From contig JAUCBJ010001555.1 of assembly GCA_032718475.1 (NCBI GenBank), positions 1 to 64,000 of the forward strand: a DNA stretch of 64,000 bases, read 5' to 3'. This stretch comes from Nemertoderma westbladi (Eukaryota > Animalia > Xenacoelomorpha). The position numbers and the translations under genes were made by a program. The notes under the pieces were generated by a model. That model ran no database searches. It worked only from the letters and a program-made list of their open reading frames with translations, and was not told the DNA's origin. How positions within the stretch are numbered: position 1 is the first letter of the stretch; every line of letters starts with the position of its first letter. Positions 50,839-64,000 of this stretch are shown piece after piece.

Positions 50839-53097
50839 ATTATAATTGTTCTACAGTAGCTACCATTTAAAATCTCTAAAAAATTTATTGAAAAAATGCT
50901 GTAAAATTAAAAAAAAAACGCCTCACACATCGGCTATGTAAAAGTGCCCCTTCAATATTACCCCTGTTTTATTGTTAACAACTGTTCTATTCCTATTAGC
51001 TATAAAAGTACAATTTTATTTGTTACACATTTATTAGCGGGATTATAACTATCTCTAATGCTGGGCTACGGCAATAAAAGTTATTTTGCCCTAGTAGGGC
51101 AAAATAACCATGTTATTCCCTCTTAGAAGTAGTGAAGTGTTACATACTGACATACAAACATAGGAACCGGTAATGCTGCTGTACTCGTCTTAGGTCTCTT
51201 GTGTGTCACATCAGGTGCAAATCAGGCATTCAGACCACCAACTAGTTTTGTATTTCATGTGAAAATATTTTTCATGAATTTCTTAAATTTTATTTGTGAA
51301 AATATTTTTCGTGGAATTTCTTATATTTTATTACATGTGTTGAAAGAGCATCGAAGTAGAAAATGTTTGCAGCTTTGTATGTAATTTGAGCAAAATCCAT
51401 GCTCAATAGTAAACTCAATATATTTACTCAATAGTAAATAACTTAATATATTCTTAATAAACTTAATATATTCCAGAACCATTAAATTATTTAACATTGA
51501 GTAAGGCAGCATCAGGAGGACGAGTACAGTAATTAGAACCCCAGAACTACGATAGCAATATAGTTTGCTAATAATTTACTTTAATAACTATTACAACAAT
51601 CCGGTTAAGGATATTGTTGGTATAAATTGAATTGCACTAGCACATACAGAAATATAAGTAAAAAAAGTACCAATTTAAGAATAAAATTACGTATTATATG
51701 GCAAAAAACGTAGGGCCTAGCACATTTTTTTCAATATTCTCTCGACCCTTTATTAACTTCGCTGGCGCTCGGGAAATAAAATAACTCGAGTATAGTGGAA
51801 AAAAGTTGTAACTTTTATTTTCCTAAGTACTAAATACTTAATTATACTAATAAAACGTATTTAATGTAAACAATACCGTCTGTGGGTAATGGATACATGA
51901 CTTGTCCACCAAAAATACTATTCAATTAATTCAGCCAATTTAGTTATATATCCCATTTGAAGTTTATGCAATATGTTACCCCTAGCGGCCAATATAGGAA
52001 AATATAGAAATTTTAGAAAGTAAACAATTTAAATAAGTTTGACATCAATTTTTACTAACAAATTCGGGTGATTTTTGATGATCGAATCTTACGGCGATTG
52101 GATGAATTAAGCCTAGAGCTATACAACACACATGACACAGTAATGTTTTACCTTGGAACTTGGGTGTTATTATTCCCTTGGGCAAAATAACACCTATGCA
52201 ATTAATGAAATAAAGTGAAACACACCGAAAATTTTCCAATTCCCTTGGGAAAAATAAATATAAACACCCCCAAAACTTTCCAAGCCCCATTTTGTAAACT
52301 CTTCCCCCAAACAATGCCCTTTTAGAATCTGTAAATAGTTGTTAAGGGACAAAAATAATCGAAATGCATACCATAATAAATGTGTAACAACTGACTTATT
52401 CCCCAGAAGTTAGTTATTTTCCCAGTTATTTAACCCGCGGGCAGGAAACAACCCGAGGGCGAAGCCCGAGGGTGTCCTGCCCGCGGGTATTCTTATAGCA
52501 AATCGCAACTCCAAACACAGAAGAAAATCCACAACAGAAAACAACAATTTTAACTGTATTGTCAATAGAGATATAATGTAGACATAGTCCGGCAGCAGAG
52601 TGAACCTGCGATTTTCCACCCATAAAATGTTTCATCAGTTTCGTGACCACAATACCATACCAATCGATATTAGGTCGCTCTCTCAGCCTTGAGCAATTTG
52701 AATAAAACGTGTTTCCATGTCAACAGCGACAGCGAATGAGACCCTAGCAACCGCTATTATAAACACTCAATATCTAGAAATTTTACACCAAATTAGTTTC
52801 TATCGATGATTGTCAATCCAATGAACCCGGTCCCGAACCACTGTTGTCATAGCAACCGTTGTTAAGGGGAGTAATCGTCAGTCAACGCCATAACTACCAC
52901 TAATTTAAGCATCTCATTTAAGACTCATATAAGAACATAATGATGCAATGATCCAACGCAAGAATAATATAACTGAATCAGAATATAACTGAATAACTGA
53001 AAATATCTAACTTCTGGGGAATAAGCATAGAAGTATTTAAATTTGTTATTAATAGAAATTGTTTCCAACTTTATAACTACATGTAAAAATGGAAGCA

Positions 53098-53157
53098 GGA
53101 CAATTCGGTCCCGGACAATTCGGTCCCGGACAATTCGGTCCCGGACAATTCGGTCCC
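53098..53157. repeat. 4 x 15-bp repeat GGACAATTCGGTCCC, probably an orphan DNA-transposon terminus
   Basis: Exact tandem copies; no partner inverted end seen. Confidence 0.6.
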
Positions 53158-53175
53158 GTTTATTTTGTGTTATCT

Positions 53176-55745
53176 TCCTCACTCCGTCTCCCTCACCGTC
53201 CACAGATCCTCCTGTACTTCCCACTCCGTCTCCACACACCCGCCACCGATCCCCCCCATACCTCCCACTCCGTCTCCTACACCCTCCACAGATCCCCCCA
53301 TACCTCCCACTCCGTCTCCTACACCCTCTACAGATCCCCCCATACCTCCCACTTCGCCTCCCACACCCTCCACAGATCCCCCCCATACCTCCCACTCCGT
53401 CTCCCACACCCTCTACAGATCCCCCCATACCTCCCACTCCGTCTCCTACACCATCCACAGATCCCCCCATACTTCCCACTCCGTCTCCTACACCCTCTAC
53501 AGATCCCCCCATACATCCCACTCCGTCTCCTACACCCTCCACAGATCCCCCCATACTTCCCACTTCGCCTCTTACACCCTCCACAGATCCTCATGTACTT
53601 CCCACTCCGTCACCCACACCCTCCACAGATCCTCCTGTACTTCACACTCCGTCTCCCACACCCTCCAAATATCCTCCTGTACTTCAAACACAGTCTCCCA
53701 CACCTTCCACAGATCATCCTGTACATCCCACTCCGTCTCCTACACCCTCCACAGATCCCCCTATACCTCCCACTCCGTCTCCCACACCCTCCACAGATCC
53801 TCCCGTACTTCCAACACAGTCTCCCACACCTTCCACAGATCATCCTGTACATCCCACTCCGTCTCCTACACCCTCCACAGATCCCCCCATACCTCCCACT
53901 CCGTATCCTACACCCTCTACAGATCCTCCTGTATTTCCCACTCCGTCTCCCACACCCTCCACGGATCACTACATACCTCCCACTCCGTCTCCTACACCCT
54001 CCAAAGATCCCCCCATACTTCCCAATTCGCCTCCCACACCCTCCACAGATCCTCCTGTACTTCCCACTCCGTCTCCCACACCATCCACAGATCATCCTGT
54101 ACTTCCCACTCCGTCTCCCACACCGTCCACAGATCCTCCAGTACTTCCCACTCCATCTCCCACACCCCCCACAGATCCCTTCATACCTCCCACTCCGTCT
54201 CCCTCACCCTCCACAGATCCTCCCGTACTTCCAACACTGTCTCTCACACCCTCTACAGATCCTCCTGTATTTCCCACTCCGTCTCCCACACCCTCCACGG
54301 ATCACTACATACCTCCCACTCCGTCTCCTACACCCTCCAAAGATCCCCCATACTTCCCAATTCGCCTCCCACACCCTCCAAAGATCCTCCTGTACTTCCC
54401 ACTCCGTCTCCCACACCATCCACAGATCCTCCTGTACTTCCCACTCCGTCTCCCACACCGTCCACAGATCCTCCTGTACTTCCCACTCCGTCTCCCACAC
54501 CGTCCACAGATCCTCCTGTACTTCGCACTCCGTCTCCCACACCCGCCACAGATCCCCCCATACATCCCACTCCGTCTCCCACACCCGCCACTGATCCCCC
54601 AATACCTCCCACTCCTTCTCCCACACCCTCCAAAGATCCCCCCATACTTCCCACTCCGCCTCCCACATCCTCCACAGATCCCCCTATACGTCCCACTCCG
54701 TTTCCCACACCGTCCACAGATCCTCCTGTACTTCGCACTCCGTCTCCCACACCCGCCACAGATCCCCCCATACATCCCACTACGTGTCCGACACCCGCCA
54801 CTGATCCCCCAATACCTCCCACTCCTTCTGCCACACCCTCCAAAGATCCCCCCATACTTCCCACTCCGCCTACCACACCCTCCACAGATCCTCCTGTACT
54901 TCCCACTCCGTCTCCTACACCCTCCACAGATCCCCCCATACCTTCCACTCCGTCTCCTACACCCTCTACAGATCCCCCCATACCTCTCACTTCGCCTCCC
55001 ACACCCTCCACAGATCCTCATGTACTTCCCACTCCGTCTCCCATACCCACCACAGATCCTCCTGTACTTCCCACTCCGTCTCCCACACCATCCACAGATC
55101 CTCCTGTAATTCACACTCCGTCTCCTACACCCTCCACAGATCCTCCTGTACTTCCCACTCCTCTCCCACACCCTCCACGGATCCCCACATACCTCCCACT
55201 CCGTCTCCTACACCCTCCACAGACCCCCCCCCCCATACTTCCCACTTCGCCTCTCACACCCTCCACAGATCCTCATGTACTTCCCACTCCGTCTCCCACA
55301 CCATCCACAGATCCTCCTGTAATTCACACTCCGTCTCCTACACCCTCCACAGATCCTCCTGTACTTCCCACTCCGTCTCCTACACCCTCCACAGATCCCC
55401 CCATACATCCCACTCCGTCTCCCACACCCTCCACAGATCCTCCTGTACTTCCCACTCCGTCTCCCACACCGTCCACAGATCCTGGTTCTTCCAACACCGT
55501 CTCTCACACCATCCACAGATCCTGTACTTCTCACTCCGTCTCCCACACCTTCCGCAGATCGTCCTGTACTTCCCACTCCGTCTCCCATACCCTCCACAGA
55601 TCCTCCAGTACTTCCCACTCCGTCTCCCACACCTTCCACAGATCCTCCTGTACTTCCCACTCCGTCTCCCAAACCCTCCACAGATCCCTCCATACCTCCA
55701 ACTCCGCCTCCTACACCCTCCACAGATCCCCCATACTTCCCACTG
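53176..55745. repeat. 42-bp tandem array (~61 copies); + strand can encode a mucin-like [12 protein letters not shown](I/V)(P/L) repeat
   Basis: Unit CCCACTCCGTCTCCCACACCCTCCACAGATCCTCCTGTACTT; frame breaks fall mostly in C runs. Confidence 0.9.
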
Positions 55746-55916
55746 GTGGGTTCTACCCTTATTATGTTTATGTAACATTTAAATGCAGGTGGCGGGAAAT
55801 TCAAAATGTATTCTAGCTTAGGATAAGTACGACTAATATACTACTGAATTACCGATATACAGGATAAACTTAATTTACCTTTTGCATGATCTAACTATAT
55901 TATTAAGATCACAGCA

Positions 55917-57180
55917 TGGCGCTGCGAGTAAAGTAAATTACTTGTTTTTGAATTATTTTATTTTCTAATTCAATTACGAATACAATAAATGGCTGAAGCT
56001 ATTAACCCAGAGGATTACTTGGACCTCACTGCGGACGAAATAGATGAACTCGACCGAGCCGCATTAAAAATCCACTGTACAAATGCCGGTTTACAGTTTA
56101 ATCCTCGCACATCGACAGCTAATTTACGCAAACAGCTGTACAGAATCCTCGAGTTCGAGGCCGAGGATCCTCCTCAACAAACCGACCTGGCAAAATTCCT
56201 TATGCAGATGGAAGAACGCCGGGAACAACGCGAGGAACAACGACGTGCAGAGGACGAACAGCGACGTCGCACTGAACGTGCAGAGATGCTACAATTAATG
56301 GGGCATATACACCGCGTTCCTCCCAATGTTCCTGCCGATATTAGGCCGACTCAACCGCATCTACCTCGTCATGATCTCGCCAGATCAGCGGCCTCTCACC
56401 CTCCGTCGATTTTAAACCTGAATACATCAGTTGGAGCATTTCGCCGTTGGCGTACAACTTGGGACGACTATGCAACTCTCGTACATCTTGTAGAATTCCC
56501 GGTTCCGGAGCAACTAGCGGCATTCCGTCGCGCTTTACACCAAGATGTACAGGACGTTCTGTCGCACATCGACGTCCAACCCGCCGAACCGGGAAATGCG
56601 ATATCAATCAATGACAGACTCGATGCAATCGCAACTTATTTCCAAGAAAAACGTGACTTAGGACGTGAACGCGAAGCTTTCGAACGCCGAATCCAAACGC
56701 CCGGAGAAACTTTCGACCAATTTCTCTTAGCCTTAAGGAACCTAGGGCAGGATGCCGAACTTTGCAACCATTGCTTCGACCAACGTCTGGCAGATAGAAT
56801 ACGTGTTGGGCTACGAGACGAGGAGATCCGCCGACGCCTCATGGCGATTCGTCCATACCCACACCTTGATGACGTCATCGCATTCTGCCGCCGGGAGGAG
56901 GCCGGCCGTAAATTCGCCAACCCAGGAGCTACAGTAAACCGTATAAAAGGTAATACTTACAAAACACAGAAAGAGTGTCGGAGGAACTCGCCAGACTGGT
57001 CACGGCCTCGATATCGTAGTAAGTCCCGTGACTGGATTCCACAACATTTAAGGAAGAAATGTCTACGGTATGTGGTAATGACCTACATAAGGACATGTCC
57101 ACTTGCCCTGCAAACGAATCAACCTGTTCCTTATGCAAAAAGACCGGACATTGGGCCAAAGTTTGTAGTTTGAAATGGGA
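55917..57180 (+). mobile_element. gag: Truncated Gypsy (Mag-like) element: PBS-like site and gag only (ORF 55989-57173, frameshift ~57055 before two zinc knuckles)
   Basis: CA|TGGCGCTGCGAG at 55917; RIQTPGETFDQFLLALR...RLADRIRVGL.D..IRRRL capsid motif; shifted frame gives CGNDLH...CPA...CSLCKKTGHWAKVC. No pol downstream. Confidence 0.75.
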
Positions 57181-57341
57181 TAAAATGTATTTGAAAACCC
57201 CATCTTCCAATGTTGGTTACATCGAATCCTCAGTGGAGCCCAGATCAACTTGCATATCATTTTATATTTCATTTTAACCAAATACGACACTCTCAACAAG
57301 CATCTTAAAACTAAACAGACATTTTTTCTTTAATGGGGTGA

Positions 57342-57718
57342 TGGAGCCGTAAGGTAAGCCGTACGGTCGGAACCGTAAGGTAAGCCGTACGGTCGGAACC
57401 GTAAGGTAACCCGTACGGTCGGAGCCGTAAGGTAAGCCGTACGGTCGGAACCGTAAGGTAACCCGTACGGTCGGAGCCGTAAGGTAAGCCGTACGGTCGG
57501 AACCGTAAGGTAAGCCGTACGGTCGGAACCGTAAGGTAACCCGTACGGTCGGAACCGTAAGGTAACCCGTACGGTCGGAGCCGTAAGGTAAGCCGTACGG
57601 TCGGAACCGTAAGGTAACCCGTACGGTCGGAGCCGTAAGGTAAGCCGTACGGTCGGAACCGTAAGGTAACCCGTACGGTCGGAGCCGTAAGGTAAGCCGT
57701 ACGGTCGGAACCGTAAGG
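57342..57718. repeat. 26-bp tandem repeat, ~14 copies
   Basis: Unit GGAACCGTAAGGTAAGCCGTACGGTC, containing the palindrome CCGTACGG. Confidence 0.92.
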
Positions 57719-60700
57719 GTTACCCTAAAGACAATTTTACAATTTTATTTCACATTTCAACTATATTAGGATCATCTTCCAGTGAAATAAATGGTAACCC
57801 GAGAAAAATCAATTTGAGCGCCTCTCTTTCACAAAAAATGGGAGGGAACTTTCGTTGTATATGTATGAAATGTTATGTTATGAAATTATATGTTATGAAA
57901 ATATGATATGACGGGACAATATTGGTAATTATAACTATCTATTATATCGATATAAAACAATGCGTTGTTGCTCTCCTACCCGGACCAGCGACCCAGACGA
58001 AAGGATTGAGTAAAATAACAAGGGCCGTCCATCATAAGGGAATAAATCTATTTGGATTTCTATTAGTTTTATTTTCAGTAAGGCATCTGTGATGAAAGAT
58101 ACTGTTACTTTATTTCACGCCGTGATATATATAGCACCCGTGACATATAGCACCCCATAGCCAATCATTGAGTTACTTGGTTTCACGGCATATTTCACGC
58201 CGACTTGAAATGATTATTATTATGATTAATAAGTAGATTTTTTAAAGCAATAATTTATGTTCTGTTTACATTCAGATTTTGTATTAATATCAAAAGGCTT
58301 GAATCATTTAATAATCCATGGCTCAATGCACTTATTCTAATTATGATTTTATTTTCCTATTCCTTTCCTATATCTAAGATCTATTGTATTGTAATGTAGC
58401 GTAGCCCTACTTGACTTCCATGAAAATAAAATAAATATATCTTATATCTATGGGACTTTTTATCTGCGGCCGGGTGAAATAGTGTAACTTGGAATATCCA
58501 CATCCACTGAAGAATGGTATATGAAGGCAATTTAAAGGAATACATTTATTGTTTTAATTCTATATACATCCATTCTGATTACACAATGCCAGGCCCACAA
58601 ACACCATTAGTTCTTAGTTCTGAAGATTCGGTTGGCCTCTTCAATTAAAGTGTAATAAGGTAGTTGACGAAATCACGAGCTTGCAACCTAACCGTCATAT
58701 CGCCATTTTTATTATCAATTAAATTGAGCGTGTATAATCAAAGTAGCTTCGCCCCCGCCTCTGAGTATAACTAGCAATGTAAATGTACCGGAGTTTGATT
58801 TCAATTAAAGAGACACTTGAAGACTTCCATTATACTGTAAATTAATCATATAATAGAATATCAGTGGTGAATAATGTAACCTTGGATACTACCATAACTA
58901 ATAGACACAGTTCGACTGACCTAGGGGATTGTCTGTGTTGGGATCAGTGGCATCAACACTTGAGAGGCCGTGGGACCCAAGTTATACCAACACCATACAT
59001 ACACGCGTTACACAGCCTCCGGTTCGATGTCGATTCAAGGACGTCTCGATTCCAACTGTGTTGGATTCGTTCTTCCATGATGGTCGTCAGTTGTTACGAT
59101 TGTACGACGGTTTTTTTTTACATTTTAAATGAATAAATTATTTGAAAACAAGAACAATAAAACAGAATTCAGGGCCGAATCTATCCTGCGATGGCTTGTA
59201 AGTAAGTAGGCTCTAGTTGACTAATTTTATGAAAGTCACTTTGGAATAATCTAGGCAGATCATGCGAGCTTATCTAAATATCATCCTTTCCTTTGTATTG
59301 AGATGAGAAGAGGGTTGGATAAATGTTTTGTAATAAAAAACGACCAGTCCATTATTTTGAACTCTTCTAGGTCTAATTCAGTGAGGTACTGTAAACAACA
59401 GCATTATGCTCTAGGCTTACATCAATGAAGAACATGATATTGTCAGTCTATGGCTCTCTGTTATTGGTTGAAGAAAAGGGTCTTGTTTTCACAATATGAC
59501 TGCGGAAAATTTTCGCCCCCTTTGCCAATTCTCCCCCCCCCCCCCTCCAACAAAAAAACATAAAAAATAATATTTCAAAAATCGCCCCGTGGGCCTACAC
59601 GCCTATGATTCTACCCAAAAATCGCCCCGTGGCGTGGGCCTACACGCCTATGATTCTACCCAAAAATCGCCAAGCTACATTGGTATCTATTATTGTAGAA
59701 TGCCACATTTAATTTATCACAAAGCACAATGGAAATTAAACTTTATGCTGACATTAAACAATATTGTAGGTTTCTGTAAAATTCAAGAAACCAAAGGATT
59801 TATTAACGAAGCTTAGGCTTTATGAGTAACCCTATTACTTTCCACAGTTTCTAATGATTACATCAGTAGAACCTGGATAAATATTTCATAAAGACCGACT
59901 GGGGTGGGTTTCATGCAAATATATTCTCGGCGAATTACTATGTTTAATTTAATGTTAATTTATCAAAAAAGGGACAGGAGCAGGTTACATTGACACATTA
60001 TTCTAACCAAAACATTAAACAGAAGTCAATAGAAAAGGTTGCAGTTTTATTATTGAGAGTAATCAGCGGTTATTTCCGTAGATTTTTCCCCTGGAGAGCC
60101 AGGGATGAATTTTGTTTGCGTCAAAAGAGCCTTTTCTTTTACTGAAGCCTCCCTATCTGATAATGGGGGCGTTTCTCTTTAATGGCATAAGTTTAACACG
60201 GATCTTTAACTATCTTGTATTGGTGTTAGCTTTAGCTATAAACAAGTTGTCATTTTTGTACAATGGCAGTGTGATACTTGACAACTTGATTCTGCACCTC
60301 ATTCATACCCCACGATACTGTTCGAGAACGCTATAGACACAAATACGATAATTGAACATGTAAAAATACAAAACCCATAGGCTTTTTGTTTAGGCTTTCT
60401 GTGAAATGGACGACTTTTTGCAGAAAGCCTAATTTATCATAAAAAACTGTTCACAGATATCTAAAGTTTTAATGGTATTCGAAGGTTACTTTTAATATGC
60501 ACGTGGTGTGAACGAAAGGCCCTGAAAATAACAGAATACACACCTTTAAAATATTACAGAATATGCGATGTTGTGTTAGTAACCATGACGTTCTCACCTA
60601 GACCTGAATGTCCAACTTACTAAGTGGCGCTCAAAAAGAAACCCTAATTGAATGAATATATTAAGGAACCATTCAAAACAGTATAATAATCCTTCTGAAA

Positions 60701-62634
60701 TACTTAAATAAAACCTTGTTGCTCTGTTTATCTAGAACAGGTTTTTATCGTTTATGTTGTCGGCTATTTCTTCACCAGTGATTATAATGTCGTGTGAATT
60801 TTACGACCCCATGTTGAACTGATGGGCTTTCATGTCTTTGTGTCTATTGATTAAGACGCACCTCCCCTCGGGCTATTGAGGTGCCTTTTGAGAAGTACAG
60901 GTTGGCCTGCTGGAGACCAGATGCAGCCTGAATGTAGTAAACTCATCAAACATCAGCATTGTCTGTTTGTACAGTATTCTTGTAGTGGGGCCAAAATGAA
61001 ACGGAAATTCCGCCTTTACATGGGAATTTCGTGTCAGTACACCATGTTCTTTCGTCAGAAAACAAATGGTTTTTTTTAGTTTTAAGTAACCTTAATTAAT
61101 ACCCAACTTATTTCGTTGTCCTTGTTTAATCAATTACCTTTAATTTACATTTCTCTGGGTACAGAGGTACCTAAAAATAGTGTCAGTGAAGTGACGCAAA
61201 GTGAATCAAAGAGACTAAGTAAGCATCACGGTTCAGAGGAGAAGGGAATTGTTTTAGAGGAGAATGCACTTGTTTTACAGGAGAAGGCACTTATTTTACA
61301 GGAGAAGGCACATATTTTACAGGAGAAGGCACTTGTTGTCTTACATTGAAATAGTATACCTTTTGTTACTTTTACCCCTTTATCAACAACGGCAATGGCT
61401 CACGTAACCCATTGATCACTCTATCCGGATCTACCCTGCTATACTGTCACCTAAAGCTACCGATCACTGTAACCGCTGCGCTGGGTGGATCAGCACTGAC
61501 AGGAGGGGCAGCACTGGCTGCTCAAGGACAGTGGAATTAAGAACTTGGAAAATGTCTGGATATCTCGGAGCGCCATTGTTTTTGGTGCTGTCTGGATTGC
61601 ACATTAGTGTAAACCGATCATGGCAAGACCACTCATCAGGAACTGCATTGGTAAATGAAATCACTTCTCACTTACTAATTGAACCCCATTCATATACTGT
61701 AGTCACGTGTATCTCTCGAGTAGGGTGCTCATAACTGGATCTCGGACTAAAAACGATGATAACAAATATGTTTAATTCATAATTATTGAACGGATTTTAA
61801 GGTTTATAAAATATAACAAATACGAATAATTTAATATGCGGCGCACAGAGTATCTAAATTAACATGAACCACCAACATTGAAACTCATAAATTTATTATG
61901 AATATCGAAACAGGTGCTGCTAGCTATAATTAATGAAGTACCTACTAGTAATTAAATATTATTTAAACAATCAAATAAAAAAAATAGTAAAATCTAACAT
62001 CATGGCATACCAACATGGCAAAAGGACTGCTCTCTTAAAAAATATATCTGAAAGCTTTCGAACTCTCATCGTTCAAAAAGGCAATAATGCTTATAATGCT
62101 TATTTCTATTATAAAAATATATTATTATGGGATCTTATGAGTTCTTTTCACTCAGTGTGTACTTTGTACTGTACCATGCCGGTATGTTATTTGTACTATA
62201 CCTGAATGCTGAACCTGGTACTGGTACTATACTGCGCACTGCGCAGTCAATAAATTCAACTAAACTAAACTAATTTATTATTCCGGCTCTGTATCGTATT
62301 TTTTAGCCGCTTGAATTATTTTTTGAACGAATTTCAATGAGCTAATCAGTTGTACCTGGTTTTCTTAAATATAAATTTAGGACTCACGTACACCATTTGG
62401 TGGAGAGTAGATCTATTTAGTTAATTGAAGGAACGGAATAAATAAATTGATTAAATGGTTGTGAATTGTTGAATAAGTTTGCGCAGTTATTTGTACTGTA
62501 CCAGGAACTTCTACCATCTACCAGTGAACCCACTTAAATATAAATTGGAAAAATTGTACATTTTTACTGGGAACACTCCTTACTGCAAAATTTAGAAATA
62601 AAGGTAAATAAAAATAAATAGAAATTAATAAGTC

Positions 62635-63414
62635 TTACAAAGAATTCCAGGGCATATAGTAAGGTGAAATAGTTGTCGGTTGGGCTTGATTCGATTGTTC
62701 ACTAGCTAGTATATTAACTGGACTGGTTGACTGCTCTACTACTTTGGGTCTAACAACAATGGGAGTCGTTGATTGGTTGACCTGGTCGTTCCTGACCATC
62801 TCACTTGGTGGAACCATTGCTGGTATAGGTATCTCACAACGGTTCTTTTTCGCTGGCGATTTCAAGGAAACCAACTTCGGTTCGTCTTTCCCTTCTAGGA
62901 GGTCGCTCATAAATGATATATAAATGACGGCGAGTTTAAGTGTTTGAATGCGACTGATGGATTTCTCGTGGTGGAAAATGGGAACTTTAGTTCTGAGTTG
63001 ATCGAATGCCTCATTCAAACTGAACATTCGTTTCCTTTCACGGAGATTAGCGGCTGTTCGTTGTATTGGGGTTGTAACGCGGCGACGTTTCCTTTTCGTC
63101 GTTATTGGGAAGTTGGAGGGAAGAACCGGAGGCGGGAAAGACATTAACGACGGGTCTCGGAAACAGGCATACCCGTTGCTAGGGTAACCAGGTGGTGGGA
63201 GCATTGCATCGCTGTAGGAAGACCATGGTTGCTGATAGGCGCCGATCGGTCCACAAATGTTGTTATTATGATTTACCATCGCCGAGTTATCCACATTCAG
63301 ACTATTTTCAACCATAGTTACCGTGGTGTTATATGTATATTGGAAGTTGTTGTTGTTTGTAGTATTGTATACAAGATCAGGGTTAGCATTAAACTCTTCC
63401 ATAGTGTATGACAT
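62635..63414 (-). CDS. FERD3L: Fer3/NATO3 (FERD3L)-like bHLH transcription factor, single coding exon
   Basis: [65 protein letters not shown] closely matches the Fer3/NATO3 bHLH ([36 protein letters not shown]). Confidence 0.88.
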   Translation of the reverse strand: MSYTMEEFNANPDLVYNTTNNNNFQYTYNTTVTMVENSLNVDNSAMVNHNNNICGPIGAYQQPWSSYSDAMLPPPGYPSNGYACFRDPSLMSFPPPVLPSNFPITTKRKRRRVTTPIQRTAANLRERKRMFSLNEAFDQLRTKVPIFHHEKSISRIQTLKLAVIYISFMSDLLEGKDEPKLVSLKSPAKKNRCEIPIPAMVPPSEMVRNDQVNQSTTPIVVRPKVVEQSTSPVNILASEQSNQAQPTTISPYYMPWNSL

Positions 63415-63510
63415 TTAGGTTGTGTCTGATCTTTCTGTTTCTTTGCAAAAAAACTATTTACTAAGATTGTTAATAATAAATTAATGCTATATCTCGCAAA
63501 AGACTCATTT

Positions 63511-63610
63511 TTTATATAAATTAACTCACTATGTTTTAATTTATTTATGTCGTTATTGGACGACAATAGTTAGGCTGATCGGGCTATTCAAGCATCAGCT
63601 TCGCCATTGG
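63511..63610 (-). promoter_or_regulatory. Candidate TATA box (TATAAA) and two CCAAT boxes upstream of the bHLH gene
   Basis: TATAAA about 100 nt upstream of the ATG; CCAAT at ~63557 and ~63608. The background is AT-rich, so this is weak. Confidence 0.3.
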
Positions 63611-64000
63611 CTAGTTAGAAATGATTTATTGCATTACCATAACTGACTGAAGGTTGGTTGGCTGTTTGGCATACTGTGTGTACAATTGGGGCCCTTTGTT
63701 GTTTGTACTGGATGCACTGAACTCATGTGCTGCGTGGTGCGTCACATATGTGTATGATAATTCTTTATTTTGACTTTCCCCTTCCATTTTCCCCAATTCA
63801 CACTTCCGGCGGCGGCAACTGGAACCTGGCTTCTACTGCGGGAGTCCTGCTTTACGGTTAACAGCCAAGATCGGGTTCCATCTACGGTGTCTACTTTTAG
63901 AGTTTAGTTTATCAATAATTAAGAAAAGTTTTATTCGGCCGCTAGGCCAGGGATTACCCACAAAGTCTGACGACCTACTTCCAGCGCAATCAGTCACCCT

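Noticed and set aside
58864-62400. Short ORFs and isolated splice-like sites; candidate upstream exons of the Roco gene
   Set aside because: No consistent reading frame or recognisable domain could be assembled.

Overview
AT-rich, repeat-dense genomic DNA from an invertebrate animal (spliceosomal introns, a FERD3L/Fer3-type bHLH gene); not prokaryotic. Main content: (1) A minus-strand host gene that appears only after splicing. A WD40 exon (32816-31944) joins in phase 1 to a 3.6-kb terminal exon (27313-23709), giving a ~1,485-aa WD40 - Apaf-1-like winged helix - Roc GTPase - COR - 3xCARD protein. (2) A 5'-truncated tandem paralog of that terminal exon (partial Roc, COR, 2xCARD). (3) A 5.2-kb splice-site-flanked exon candidate of ~170 decapeptide repeats, almost all carrying a Y-x-N motif. 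(4) A young 17.2-kb BEL/Pao LTR retrotransposon (538-bp LTRs, ATTAT TSD). It has no canonical tRNA PBS and carries an extra ~845-aa ORF with a WRN/EXD2/Mut-7-like DEDDy 3'-5' exonuclease plus three CCHC zinc knuckles. That ORF is split in frame by a nested, internally deleted CsRn1-type Gypsy element. The window also has LINE fragments, a MITE, an orphan Gypsy gag and many tandem arrays (208, 180, 49, 42, 35, 30, 26, 20, 13, 12 and 6 bp units). Several frameshifts fall in homopolymers and may be assembly errors. All family assignments are by-eye motif recognition, not database searches.
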